64,000 bases of DNA from Actinomycetota bacterium (GTDB lineage Bacteria; Actinomycetota; Nitriliruptoria; Nitriliruptorales; JAHWKO01), in contig JAHWKW010000004.1 in NCBI GenBank assembly GCA_019347675.1, forward strand, positions 104,123 through 168,122, written 5' to 3'. Of the stretch, positions 19,935 to 29,339 are shown in pieces (position 1 is the stretch's first letter; every line of letters starts with the position of its first letter). The position numbers and the translations under genes were made by a program. The notes under the pieces are model-generated. The model saw only the letters and a program-made list of their open reading frames with translations. It did not search any database and had not been told where the DNA came from.

Positions 19935-20854
19935 GGCGCATCGCGGTCGAGTCGTGGTCGCCCGGGTACGGCAGCCCGTTCGACGCCGACGCCGCCTCAG
20001 CGTCCGACGCCGTCGTCGACGAACAGGTCGAGCTGCCCGCGGCCAAGTGGCGACCGCTTGAACCCGACCCGTCTGTGTCGGCCGCCGCCCAGGTCCGCTT
20101 CGTCGACGGCATCCGCCGCGTCGATGCGCAGGTGTGGCTGACGGCCGAGGATGGCACCACCCGCGCGGGGCTGTGTGCGTCGTTCGCCGCCGGGGTGGCC
20201 CGTTGCGACACCGACGCCAGGATCGAAGGCGTCGAGGTTCGCCGCGGTCTCATAACCACGGCCGGCGCCGAGCCGCTGGAGACACCGGCCGGCACCTACG
20301 CCCCCCTGGCCGTCGCCGACGACGACCCGGCACAGCTCGACGCGGGCCTGCAGCAACGCATGCGCGACCTGGAGATCGCCGTTGCGCGGCAGGCGCCACG
20401 ATCCGACCTGGTCGTGATCGATGGGCCCTTGCGCGAGCGTCAGGACGTACACGCCGCGATCGGCTACGTCAAGACCCACCACGTGCGGTACCTCTCGCCG
20501 CGCGCCAACCAGGTGGTTGCGCGCCTGCCCGCCGGGCAGCGCACCCCTTTGTTCGTCACCCAGACCACGTGGAGCCGGTACTGCTGGTACCTGCGGCTGC
20601 CCGGAGGAACCGGACACCCCTGGGCCGGCGTGGTGCGCTGTGAGGCTGCCGCCGACCTGCCGTTGGCGGCGGCGCGCACACTGGCGGACCGCACATGCGT
20701 GACGTTGCCTCGCTTCGCGTCCGAGGCGCACAAGGAGCCGCGCGCCCCTCAGAACCTCTACCCGGTGGCGGCCCTGGAACGTGAGCTTCGGCGTCGGCTC
20801 GGCGACGCGGCCTACTTGGAACGGTTGCTGCGCGCGACGGTGTCACGCGCGTGA
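19931..20854 (+). CDS. NurA-like nuclease candidate
   Basis: 307 aa; GTGA overlap with the sbcC stop. Motif string VRFVDGIRRVD ... DLVVIDGPL ... IGYVKTHH ... NLYPVAALE resembles the NurA acidic/His motif order. The assignment rests on motif pattern and operon context only. Confidence 0.5.
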   Translation: MRRIAVESWSPGYGSPFDADAASASDAVVDEQVELPAAKWRPLEPDPSVSAAAQVRFVDGIRRVDAQVWLTAEDGTTRAGLCASFAAGVARCDTDARIEGVEVRRGLITTAGAEPLETPAGTYAPLAVADDDPAQLDAGLQQRMRDLEIAVARQAPRSDLVVIDGPLRERQDVHAAIGYVKTHHVRYLSPRANQVVARLPAGQRTPLFVTQTTWSRYCWYLRLPGGTGHPWAGVVRCEAAADLPLAAARTLADRTCVTLPRFASEAHKEPRAPQNLYPVAALERELRRRLGDAAYLERLLRATVSRA

Positions 20855-20856
20855 GC

Positions 20857-21087
20857 TCACCGCCACTGGGCCCCGTCGCCGTCATCCTCGCGGCGGGGCT
20901 CCACGCTCTGCTCGAGCAGGGCCTCGACCTCCGACGCCCGGTAGCGGCGGTGACCGCCGAGCGTTCGGATCGCCGTGAGCTTCCCGGCGTCCGCCCACCG
21001 CGTGATGGTCTTGGGATTCACCCCGAACCGCTTGGCCACCTGTCCCGGCGTCAGCAGTTCCTGTTCGTCGTCACCTCGGCGCTGCAC
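20857..21087 (-). CDS. bldC: BldC-like small MerR/excisionase-type DNA-binding protein
   Basis: 76 aa: LLTPGQVAKRFGVNPKTITRWADAGKLTAIRTLGGHRRYRASEVEALL, near-identical in pattern to Streptomyces BldC (from memory). Confidence 0.8.
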   Translation of the reverse strand: MQRRGDDEQELLTPGQVAKRFGVNPKTITRWADAGKLTAIRTLGGHRRYRASEVEALLEQSVEPRREDDGDGAQWR

Positions 21088-21278
21088 TGTCAGACCTCTC
21101 TCTAGACGTTGCGTCGCCTAGGGAGTCGGTCACGCGACGCTCGGGCGCTATGCCTGGTTGGTGCCATCTTTCCGTGGCCGCAACGGACTAGCTCTCGAGA
21201 GGGGTGAGCGCCGAAGAGCCCTCGAGGGTTACGACCAGCGACAATGACCGTACTCGTCGTGTTCGCGCTGTCGTAGTG

Positions 21279-22085
21279 TCAGTTGGTTCGGCACCGGATC
21301 CGCAAAAGCTGCCAACGACCCTGCAGAGCCTCGTACCCGCTGACGGCCAGGTACGCGTGGCCGCGTTCGAGGTTGTCGATGGTCGCCCACAGGTCCTCGC
21401 ACGATAGGTCGGTGGCCAAGTCGGCTGCGGGGATCGTCGTTGCCAGACCGCCGTAATCGAGCTCCAACAAGCTGTCGTCGTGGAAGTTGGCGAGCCAGTC
21501 CACCAGCTCGGTCAGGGCCGCCCCGATCCCGCCCCCGTCGTCGACCCTGGCTTCCACCACGCTGATCGCCCGGTCGAGCCGGTCGAGGGCGGCCTCGACG
21601 GTGGTCAGGTACGCCAAGCGTGCCGACCGGCCAGCGGACGGTCCACGGAAGCGCCGCTCCGCGGCGTCGAATGCCGCGAACCACTGCAGCGGCACCTCCC
21701 AGCTGGCCTCGCGGATGTGCGGCGGACGCATCAGCCGGTCCACGGTCGCCGCCGCCGCCCACATCTCCTCTCGTGAGAAGAACTGGTCGGCTGCCGGGTC
21801 GGGGACCTGCTGCCGGAACGCCAGCAGCGCAGCGGCGTGCCGTTCCGCCAGCTGCAGCGGGCACACGTGCACCTGATCCGCGACCCTGCGGACCAGCGCC
21901 GTGGGCGGCTCGGTCGGTGCCCGCCCGGTCACCAGCCGGGTCGAGGCTGCGGTCGCTTCCTGGTGTTGCGCCGACGAGGTCGGGACACCGTTGTCCGCGG
22001 CGACGTAGCGTCTCCAGCGCTCCCGCTCGGATGGCGGGAAAGCGTCGAGAGGCTCGAACACCCGCAAGTACGCACATGGCACCAT
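21279..22085 (-). CDS. Conserved hypothetical protein
   Basis: 268 aa with normal composition (MVPCAYLRVFEPLDAFPPSERERWRRY...). No domain recognised. Overlapping ORFs on both strands look like shadows. Confidence 0.55.
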   Translation of the reverse strand: MVPCAYLRVFEPLDAFPPSERERWRRYVAADNGVPTSSAQHQEATAASTRLVTGRAPTEPPTALVRRVADQVHVCPLQLAERHAAALLAFRQQVPDPAADQFFSREEMWAAAATVDRLMRPPHIREASWEVPLQWFAAFDAAERRFRGPSAGRSARLAYLTTVEAALDRLDRAISVVEARVDDGGGIGAALTELVDWLANFHDDSLLELDYGGLATTIPAADLATDLSCEDLWATIDNLERGHAYLAVSGYEALQGRWQLLRIRCRTN

Positions 22086-22227
22086 GGCGCGGTACGCGGC
22101 CCGGGCACGGGCGGCTCGGCGCGCGCGTACGCTCCCAGCCTACGCCTGCAGCAGCCCCGCGGTGGCGAAGAGTGGCGTCACCACCGCTGGCGCCACGGAC
22201 GGGACCGAGGACCCAGGAGGGCGGGAG

Positions 22228-23310
22228 GTGGACGGGCCGTTCTCGCTGCTCGAGGGCCACGAGCAGGTGGTGTACACCTCCAACGAGGACGCGGGTCTGC
22301 GCTGCATCATCGCGATCCACTCGACGGCGCTCGGACCGTCGCTGGGCGGAACGCGGTTCTTCCCGTACCCGGACGAAGAGGCGGCGCTGGTCGACGTCCT
22401 GCGTCTCAGCCAGGCGATGACGTACAAGGCGGCCTGCGCAGGACTGACCCTCGGCGGGGGCAAGGCAGCCATCATCGGCGACCCGGAGACCGACAAGACC
22501 GAGCCGCTCCTGCGTGCCTACGGCCGCGCGATCGAGTCGCTCAACGGCCGCTACATCACCGCCTGCGACGTCGGCACGTACCCGGACGACATGGCGGTCG
22601 TCGCCGAAGAGACCCGGTGGGCGACGGGGATGGATCGGGCCCACGGCGGGTCCGGAGACAGCGGGGTCACCACCGCCTACGGCGTCTTCGTCGCGGTCAG
22701 AGCGGTCGCGGAGCACCTGTGGGGCTCGGATCAGCTCGATGGGCGCCACGTCGCTATCCAGGGACTAGGGAAGGTCGGCGGACGTCTGGCTCGCCACCTC
22801 GCCGAGGCCGGGGCGAAGCTGACCGTCGCCGACATCGACGCCGACGCGGTCGACCGCGTGGTCGCGCGCACCGGCGCGGAGGTGGTGGATCCGGTCGACA
22901 TCCTGGAGGTGGACGCTGACATCTTGTCCCCCAACGCGCTCGGCGCGGTGCTGAGCGAGCAGACCATCGACCGGCTCGGAGTGGCCGCGATCTGCGGTGG
23001 GGCGAACAACCAGCTCGCGACCGTCGAGGACGCCGGGCGCCTCCAGGACCGTGGCATCCTCTACGCCCCCGACTACGTGGTGAACGCCGGTGGACTGATC
23101 CAAGTCTCCGACGAGCTGCGGCCCGGCGGGTACTCGGAGGAGCGAGCCTTCCGCTGCGCCAAACGGATCGGTCAGACCCTGCGGGACATCTTCGACCTCG
23201 CCCACGAACTGGACGTCACCACCGAGTTGGCGGCCGAGCTCGTCGCCGAAAGGCGCATCGCCGCGGTCGGTCGCCTGCGCAGCTTCTACCTCCGCAGCCG
23301 GAGCCGGTGA
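22228..23310 (+). CDS. Leu/Val/Phe dehydrogenase family (Glu/Leu/Phe/Val DH)
   Basis: In-frame GTG at 22228 with an upstream AGGAGG inside ORF 22084..23310. GHEQVVY...IAIHSTALGPSLGGTRFFPY, catalytic GGGKAAIIGDP, NAD fold GLGKVGGRLA. Confidence 0.85.
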   Translation: MDGPFSLLEGHEQVVYTSNEDAGLRCIIAIHSTALGPSLGGTRFFPYPDEEAALVDVLRLSQAMTYKAACAGLTLGGGKAAIIGDPETDKTEPLLRAYGRAIESLNGRYITACDVGTYPDDMAVVAEETRWATGMDRAHGGSGDSGVTTAYGVFVAVRAVAEHLWGSDQLDGRHVAIQGLGKVGGRLARHLAEAGAKLTVADIDADAVDRVVARTGAEVVDPVDILEVDADILSPNALGAVLSEQTIDRLGVAAICGGANNQLATVEDAGRLQDRGILYAPDYVVNAGGLIQVSDELRPGGYSEERAFRCAKRIGQTLRDIFDLAHELDVTTELAAELVAERRIAAVGRLRSFYLRSRSR

Positions 23311-23341
23311 CCGCACTTGGACCGTTGCGCCCCACGTCATG

Positions 23342-24367
23342 TCACGTGATGGCGATCCCGCCAGCCGGTCGGACCTCGCCCACGACCCAGGCGGGCACAC
23401 CACGCCCCGCCAGCAGGTTGACCGCGTCGTCGGCCGCCGCCGGGGCCACCACCGCCACCATCCCGATGCCCTGGTTGAACGTCGCCCACATCTCCTCGTC
23501 GGGGATGCGTCCCAGACGCTGAACAAGGCCGAACACGGCGGGTCGCTCCCACGTCGCGGTGTCGATCCGTGCGCCGAGGCCCTCGGGCAGGATGCGAGCC
23601 AGGTTGCCGGGGAGGCCACCTCCGGTGATGTGGCAGAACGTCCGCACGGGCAGCGCCGCGGCAAGTGCCAGACAGTCCCGCGCGTAGATGCGGGTCGGGG
23701 TGAGCAGCTCCTGGCCGAGCGACCGCGGCAGGCCGTGGCTGGCGAACAGATCGGCGTCCGCGACCGCTCGTCGGACGAGGCTGTAGCCGTTCGCGTGCAG
23801 TCCGCTGGCTGCCATGGCGATCAGTGCGTCGCCGACCTGGACGCGGTGGGGGCCCAGCAGGGCTTCGCGCTCGACGATCCCGACACCGAAGCCCGACAGG
23901 TCGAAGGCGTCGTCGTCCATGCTGCCGGGATGCTCGGCCGTCTCGCCGCCGACCAGAGCACACCCGGCGACGCGGCACCCCTCGGCGACGCCGGCGACGA
24001 TCCGCTCGACACGGTCGGGGTCGAGCCGGCCGACCGCCAGGTAATCGAGAAGGAACAGCGGTTCGGCGCCGGTCACGACCAGGTCGTCGGCCACCATGGC
24101 GACCAGGTCCTGTCCGACCGTCTCGAGCACGTCCAGCTGGCGCGCCAGTTCCACCTTGGTGCCGACCCCGTCGGCGGAGCTGGCCAGGACCGGTGCGCGC
24201 CACCGTCGGGTATCCAGGGCGAACAGGCCAGCGAAGCCACCGATCCCGCTCAGCACCTCCGGGCGGCGGGCCTTGTCCAACAGCGGTCCGAGCCGCTCGA
24301 TCGCGGCGTCGGCCGCCGCCCGATCCACTCCGGCGGCGGCGTACGAGAGCGGGTCGTCGCTGGCCAT
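23342..24367 (-). CDS. purM: Phosphoribosylformylglycinamidine cyclo-ligase (AIR synthetase)
   Basis: 341 aa: LSYAAAGVDRAAADAAIERL, GIGGFAGLFAL, DGVGTK. Confidence 0.9.
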   Translation of the reverse strand: MASDDPLSYAAAGVDRAAADAAIERLGPLLDKARRPEVLSGIGGFAGLFALDTRRWRAPVLASSADGVGTKVELARQLDVLETVGQDLVAMVADDLVVTGAEPLFLLDYLAVGRLDPDRVERIVAGVAEGCRVAGCALVGGETAEHPGSMDDDAFDLSGFGVGIVEREALLGPHRVQVGDALIAMAASGLHANGYSLVRRAVADADLFASHGLPRSLGQELLTPTRIYARDCLALAAALPVRTFCHITGGGLPGNLARILPEGLGARIDTATWERPAVFGLVQRLGRIPDEEMWATFNQGIGMVAVVAPAAADDAVNLLAGRGVPAWVVGEVRPAGGIAIT

Positions 24368-24452
24368 GGCATCCCCGGCGTCGTGTCGTCGCGGCGCATC
24401 CTCCCACGCCGATCAGCGACGCGCGGATCACCGCGGTGGTTAGCCTGGTGCG

Positions 24453-25649
24453 GTGACCAGTGACCTGCGCCCACTGAGCGTCGACGACGCCGAGGCGGCG
24501 TTCGCCTTGCGCGCCCAGGCGTTCAACATCCCTGCGGGCGACCGTGATCGGTACCTCACCCGCTTCCGTCCCGACCACCACCTGGGCGCCTTCGTCGACG
24601 ACCGGCTGATCGCGTCGCTGGCGGTCCTGCCGTTGGGGCAGTGGTTCGGCGGGCGGTCGGTGCCCATGGGCGGCCTGGCGAGCGTCGCGGTGGCGCCCGA
24701 GCACCGCAGCACCGGGGTGGCGTCGCGACTGATGCGCCTGGCCCTGTCGCTGATGCGTGACCGTGGCCAGGTGATCAGCACGCTGTACCCGGCGACCAAC
24801 GTCCCCTACCGACGCCTGGGGTGGGAGCTGGCCGGGGCACGGGTGCGCCGACGCCTGCCCCTGCGCACGCTGGCCGATCTGCCCCGCCCCGCGGTGCAGG
24901 TCGTGGCGGTGGACCTGGACGCCGACCTCGACCGGGTCCAAGGCGTCTACGACCGCGTGGCGACGATGACCGATGGGTTCATCGACCGTACCGGCGACCG
25001 CTGGCAGACCATCCTGGACCACCTCACCCGCCACGACCACACCTACGTGTACGCGGCGCTCGAGGACGACGGTGAGCTGGACGGGTACGTCGCGTACCGC
25101 CACGAGGAGCCCCCACCCGACGCCGACGAGTTCTACCGGCTGCGGGTCATCGAGCTGGTCGCGGGTCGTGGCGCCGCGGCCACGGCGCTGTGGCGGCTGC
25201 TGGCCGCCAACCGGGGAGTGAGCGCCACCGTCAGCTGGTACGGGGGCCTGCACGAGCCGCTGTCGTTCGTCGTCGACGAGCAGGACGCCCGCATCGAGGA
25301 CGATTGGCACTGGATGACACGGCTGGTCGACGTGGCCGGTGCGGTGGCTGCCCGCGGCTACCCCACCGACGCCGACGTCACCGTGCAGTTGGCGCTGGTC
25401 GACGAGGTCGCCCCGTGGAACGGTGGCCGGTGGGTGCTCGACGTCCGTGATGGTAAGGGGGTGCTGACGCCGGGCGGTGCCGGGACGGTGCGCACGACGG
25501 TCGGCGCGCTCGCACCCCTGTACACCGGCCTGACGTCACCGTGGGCGCTGGCGCGCGTGGGTCTGCTGGAGGCAGCGACCGGCGACGACCTGCGCGCCCT
25601 GGGGCGGGCGTTCGCCGGTCCCTCGCCGTGGATGCTCGACTTCTTCTAA
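24453..25649 (+). CDS. Eis-like GNAT acetyltransferase (GNAT + SCP2-like C-terminus)
   Basis: 398 aa: LAVLPLGQWFGGRSVPMGGLASVAVAPEHRSTGVASRLM, STLYPATNVPYRRLGWE. Size and layout match the Eis family. Confidence 0.7.
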   Translation: MTSDLRPLSVDDAEAAFALRAQAFNIPAGDRDRYLTRFRPDHHLGAFVDDRLIASLAVLPLGQWFGGRSVPMGGLASVAVAPEHRSTGVASRLMRLALSLMRDRGQVISTLYPATNVPYRRLGWELAGARVRRRLPLRTLADLPRPAVQVVAVDLDADLDRVQGVYDRVATMTDGFIDRTGDRWQTILDHLTRHDHTYVYAALEDDGELDGYVAYRHEEPPPDADEFYRLRVIELVAGRGAAATALWRLLAANRGVSATVSWYGGLHEPLSFVVDEQDARIEDDWHWMTRLVDVAGAVAARGYPTDADVTVQLALVDEVAPWNGGRWVLDVRDGKGVLTPGGAGTVRTTVGALAPLYTGLTSPWALARVGLLEAATGDDLRALGRAFAGPSPWMLDFF

Positions 25650-25703
25650 AGCCGCAAGCAGGCCGGACGCGCTCGATCCGGCGAACGCACGCCAGGAGGA
25701 CCC

Positions 25704-27044
25704 TTGGGGGCGCTGGTGAACGAGGTCACCGACCTCCTACAGCACCTGATCCGCAACGCCTGCGTGAACGACGGGACGGTCGGGTCGGGCCAGGAGGTCC
25801 GCAACGTCGACCTGCTCCGCAGCTACCTGGAAGGCACCGGTGTCGACCTGGAGGTCCACGAGCCCAAGCCCGGACGCCAGAGCCTGATCGCCCGCATCGA
25901 CGGCCGCGACCCCGAGGCGCCGTCGCTGATGCTGATGGGCCACACCGACGTGGTCCCGGCCACCGCCGACAACTGGCGGCGCGACCCGTTCGGCGGTGAG
26001 CTGGTGGACGGCGTGGTGTGGGGACGGGGCGCCATCGACATGCTCAACCTCACTGCGTCCATGGCGGTCGCGGTGCGTCGCCTGGCCGACGAGGGGTTCT
26101 CACCGCGCGGCACGCTGGTGTACCTGGCCGTCGCCGACGAGGAGGCAGGCGGCACCTGGGGCGCGAAATGGCTCGTCGAGGAGCATCCCGACGTCGTCAG
26201 CACGGACTACGTGGTGACCGAGCTGGGCGGGGCCCGGATGGGACTCACCGACGCGACCGGACCGAAACTCCCCGTCGCGGTCGCCGAGAAGGGAGCCTTC
26301 TGGGCAGGCATGCGCGTCGCCGGGGTCCCCGGGCACGGTTCGATGCCGCTGCGCACCGACAACGCACTGGCCACCGGGGCCGAGGTCGTCCGTCGCCTGG
26401 CCGCCTACCGACCGCCACCGCAGATCGGCGAGATCTGGGAGCGGTTCGTGACCGGGCTGCAACTGCCTGGACAGCTCAGCCGTGAGCTCGTCGACGCCCG
26501 TGGGCTGGATGCGTACATCGACGGCCTCGACGACGCCGGCATGGCCCGCTTCGTGCACGCCTGCACCCACACCACGATCGCCCCGACAGTGATGCACGCC
26601 GGCGTCAAGGTCAACGTGATCCCCGACCGGACGGAGCTGGAGGTCGACATCCGTGCCCTGCCCGGACTCGGCCGAGAGGATGTGCTCCAGTTGATCTCCG
26701 ACGCGCTCGGCGACGTCGCCGACCGTGTTGCGATCGAGCTGCGTCACGCCGACCCGGCCAGCGCATCGGCGCTCGACACGCCGCTGTGGGACAGCCTCCA
26801 GCGCCACGCGGAGCGGCTCATCCCCGGGGCGCGGAACGTCCCCTACATCCTTCCCGGGGCCACCGACGCGCGTTTCCTTCGCCGGCTGGGTGCGACCTGC
26901 TACGGCTACGGCGCGTACAGCGACGCGATCCCGTTCGGGGAGTACCTGCGGATGTTCCACGGTGACGACGAACGCGTCGATCAGGAGTCGCTGCGTCTGT
27001 CGACCGAGCTGTGGCTCGCGGTGACCCGCGACCTACTGGCCTGA
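25704..27044 (+). CDS. M20/M25/M40 family metallopeptidase
   Basis: TTG start with AGGAGGA Shine-Dalgarno. LMLMGHTDVVPA, GRGAIDML, LAVADEEAGG. Confidence 0.8.
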   Translation: MGALVNEVTDLLQHLIRNACVNDGTVGSGQEVRNVDLLRSYLEGTGVDLEVHEPKPGRQSLIARIDGRDPEAPSLMLMGHTDVVPATADNWRRDPFGGELVDGVVWGRGAIDMLNLTASMAVAVRRLADEGFSPRGTLVYLAVADEEAGGTWGAKWLVEEHPDVVSTDYVVTELGGARMGLTDATGPKLPVAVAEKGAFWAGMRVAGVPGHGSMPLRTDNALATGAEVVRRLAAYRPPPQIGEIWERFVTGLQLPGQLSRELVDARGLDAYIDGLDDAGMARFVHACTHTTIAPTVMHAGVKVNVIPDRTELEVDIRALPGLGREDVLQLISDALGDVADRVAIELRHADPASASALDTPLWDSLQRHAERLIPGARNVPYILPGATDARFLRRLGATCYGYGAYSDAIPFGEYLRMFHGDDERVDQESLRLSTELWLAVTRDLLA

Positions 27045-27054
27045 AGGAGACACC

Positions 27055-27453
27055 GTGGACAACCCGACGCTGCAGACCGCGCTGGGCGTCACCCGCGTCG
27101 CCATCGGCACCGGGTTGCTGCTGGCCCCACGACTGGCCGCACGACCGTGGATCGGAGCGGACGCAGCCCGTCCGGGGACCAAGGCGATGACCCGTGCGGC
27201 CGGAGCGCGGGACATGGCGATCGGCGTCGGCACCTTGTTGGCGCGCCGCCACGGCGCAAGTGCCAGAGGGTGGCTCGAGGCCGCCGCGCTGGTGGACGCG
27301 GCCGACGCCGCGGCGACGCTTTTGGCGTGGAGGCATCTGCCGCGAGCCGGCCGGTGGACGACGCTGGTCATGGCGGCCACCGCCACCGTCCTCGACCTTC
27401 GGGCGGCCGGGGCGGTCCCGACGCGTCGAAACGATGGCAGGATGACAACGTGA
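27055..27453 (+). CDS. Small hydrophobic protein of unknown function
   Basis: 132 aa with 3-4 hydrophobic segments. AAGGAG Shine-Dalgarno. Its stop overlaps the GT2 GTG (GTGA). Confidence 0.5.
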   Translation: MDNPTLQTALGVTRVAIGTGLLLAPRLAARPWIGADAARPGTKAMTRAAGARDMAIGVGTLLARRHGASARGWLEAAALVDAADAAATLLAWRHLPRAGRWTTLVMAATATVLDLRAAGAVPTRRNDGRMTT

Positions 27454-29297
27454 CCGACCGGCCAGACACCGACCGGCCCGACGACGACACCGCCGACCGA
27501 TCCGCTGACACCTCCCAGGGATCGCAGCGCCCGTCTGCCGAGGGCGGGTCCTTGTCGACCGCGGACGACCCTGGGCCGACCGGACACGGCGAGCCCGGCG
27601 AGGACCCTCTCGCGACGCTCCTCGAGCAGCGTCGCGGAGTCCTCGCGCCTGAGGCCACCGCCGACGGGACGCCACCCACCCAGCACCTGGTCCGTGAGGA
27701 ACCCTGGCCGGGGCGATTCGGTGCCCGGCAGCTGGTGCTGATCAACATCCTGTTCACCGCGGCGTACGTCGGCTGGTGGTCGGTGTCCGGGCACATCGGC
27801 CAGCCGGTGCTGTTCTGGCTCCTGGCCGCCGCCGAGACCTTCACCATCACCCACCTGGTGGGGCTGTGGCAGTCGATCTGGATGGGTGGGGTGGAGCTGC
27901 CGCCCGCCGGGCGAACCAGTTTCTCCGTCGACGTGTTCATCCCCACATACGGTGAGCCGCTCGAGGTCCTGCGTCGAACCATCACCGCGGTGGTCGCGAT
28001 GGATGGAACCCACCGCACCTACGTGCTCGACGACGCTGTCCGCGACGAGGTCCGCGAGCTCGCCCACGAACTCGGCGCGGACTACATCCCGCGCGAGTCG
28101 TCGGAGGGCGCCAAGGCCGGGAACCTCAACCACGCCCTGGCACGCACCGACGGCGATCTGATCCTTGTGCTCGACGCCGACCACGTCGCCCGCCGCGACC
28201 TGCTCACGCACCTCGTCGGGTACTTCGAGGACGCCGACGTCGCCATCGCGCAGAGCCCGCAGTTCTACGGCAACGCGCACGGCAACCGTGTGGCGCTCAG
28301 GGCGTGGTACCAGCAGGCGGTGTTCTACGGCCCGATCAAGCGCGGCAAGCACGGCCTGGGCGCGGCGTTCCTGTGCGGCACGAACGCGGTCATCCGCCGC
28401 TCCGCGCTGGAGCAGGTCGGCGGCTTCGACCAGTCGACGGTCACCGAGGACATCGCCACGAGCGTCGAGCTGCACCGCCGCGGGTGGAAGACGGTCTACT
28501 TCCCGTTCGTGCTCGCCGAGGGACAGGGCCCCCACAACCTGCGCGCGTACTTCGAGCAGCAGCTGCGGTGGGCGCACGGGTCGATCTCGACGTTCCTGCA
28601 CGGCGGTCCGTTGAAGAGCGGTCTGCGGCCCTTGCAGCGCCTGCAGTACCTGTTCAGCACCACGTACTACTTCAACGGTTTCGTGACGCTGATCTACCTC
28701 ACCCTGCCGTGGTTCGCGCTGTTGTGGCGGATGGGGCCGTTCGCGAGCGGCGCGACCACGTTCTTCGTCTTCTTCATCCCGCACGTCACCGTGACCCTGA
28801 TCAACCTGCGCCGTGAACTGCAGGGCGAGTTCGGACTCCGCCACATGCAGTTCACGGTGGGATCGTTCCCGGTGTACATCAAGGCCGCGGTGGCCGCGGT
28901 GGCGGGGCGAGAGACGGGGTTCGAGGCAACCGGTGCGGGCGACGAAGCCGGCCGTCCGCCGCTGATCGCCTGGTTCACGGTGGCGACGTTCGCGATCACG
29001 CTCGTGGCCCTGGTGTCGGCCCCCTTCGTCGGATCGCTGGATGCGTGGAGCGGGGTGGCGATGTTCTGGGCGGTGGTGAACCTGATCCTGCTGTGGGCGG
29101 TCACGCGTGCGACCGTGGTCGAGACCCTCTTCGGCCCCAAGGCCGCCGTGGAGCCGTTGGGGGATGTCGCCGGCGCACCGGCCGAGCCCGCCGCGCCGAC
29201 CTACATCCTGGGCCACTTCGACAAGCCGCCGCTCCCCGAGAGCGTGCTGACCGAGTACGAAGCGGCCGAGAAGGCACTGGCCCGTGCCGAGGAGTGA
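27450..29297 (+). CDS. Processive family-2 glycosyltransferase (cellulose-synthase-like)
   Basis: In-frame GTG 27450 inside ORF 27147..29297. VFIPTYGEP, YVLDD, LVLDADH, VTEDIATS, QQLRWAHG (QxxRW), flanked by multiple TM helices. Confidence 0.8.
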   Translation: MTDRPDTDRPDDDTADRSADTSQGSQRPSAEGGSLSTADDPGPTGHGEPGEDPLATLLEQRRGVLAPEATADGTPPTQHLVREEPWPGRFGARQLVLINILFTAAYVGWWSVSGHIGQPVLFWLLAAAETFTITHLVGLWQSIWMGGVELPPAGRTSFSVDVFIPTYGEPLEVLRRTITAVVAMDGTHRTYVLDDAVRDEVRELAHELGADYIPRESSEGAKAGNLNHALARTDGDLILVLDADHVARRDLLTHLVGYFEDADVAIAQSPQFYGNAHGNRVALRAWYQQAVFYGPIKRGKHGLGAAFLCGTNAVIRRSALEQVGGFDQSTVTEDIATSVELHRRGWKTVYFPFVLAEGQGPHNLRAYFEQQLRWAHGSISTFLHGGPLKSGLRPLQRLQYLFSTTYYFNGFVTLIYLTLPWFALLWRMGPFASGATTFFVFFIPHVTVTLINLRRELQGEFGLRHMQFTVGSFPVYIKAAVAAVAGRETGFEATGAGDEAGRPPLIAWFTVATFAITLVALVSAPFVGSLDAWSGVAMFWAVVNLILLWAVTRATVVETLFGPKAAVEPLGDVAGAPAEPAAPTYILGHFDKPPLPESVLTEYEAAEKALARAEE

Positions 29298-29339
29298 GCG
29301 GCTCCGCTCGGGCGGCTCGGCGGTCGACCCAGGACCTTG

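Noticed and set aside
21193-21228. A hairpin (ctcgagaggg ... ccctcgag) between the conserved hypothetical gene and bldC, as a possible terminator
   Set aside because: The stem is bulged, the loop is 15 nt and no U tract follows. Too weak to call.
27033-29216. 727-aa minus-strand ORF
   Set aside because: Antisense to the GT2 synthase and the small membrane protein. No motifs and an Arg/Gly-rich composition. The same reasoning applies to 35699..37786 (+) opposite purL, 9848..11785 (+) opposite the kinase, 23337..25310 (-) opposite the Eis-like gene, 42918..44528 (+) opposite the FtsH-like gene, 59622..60959 (+) opposite the LVIVD gene, and 4022..5233 (-) opposite the integrase.
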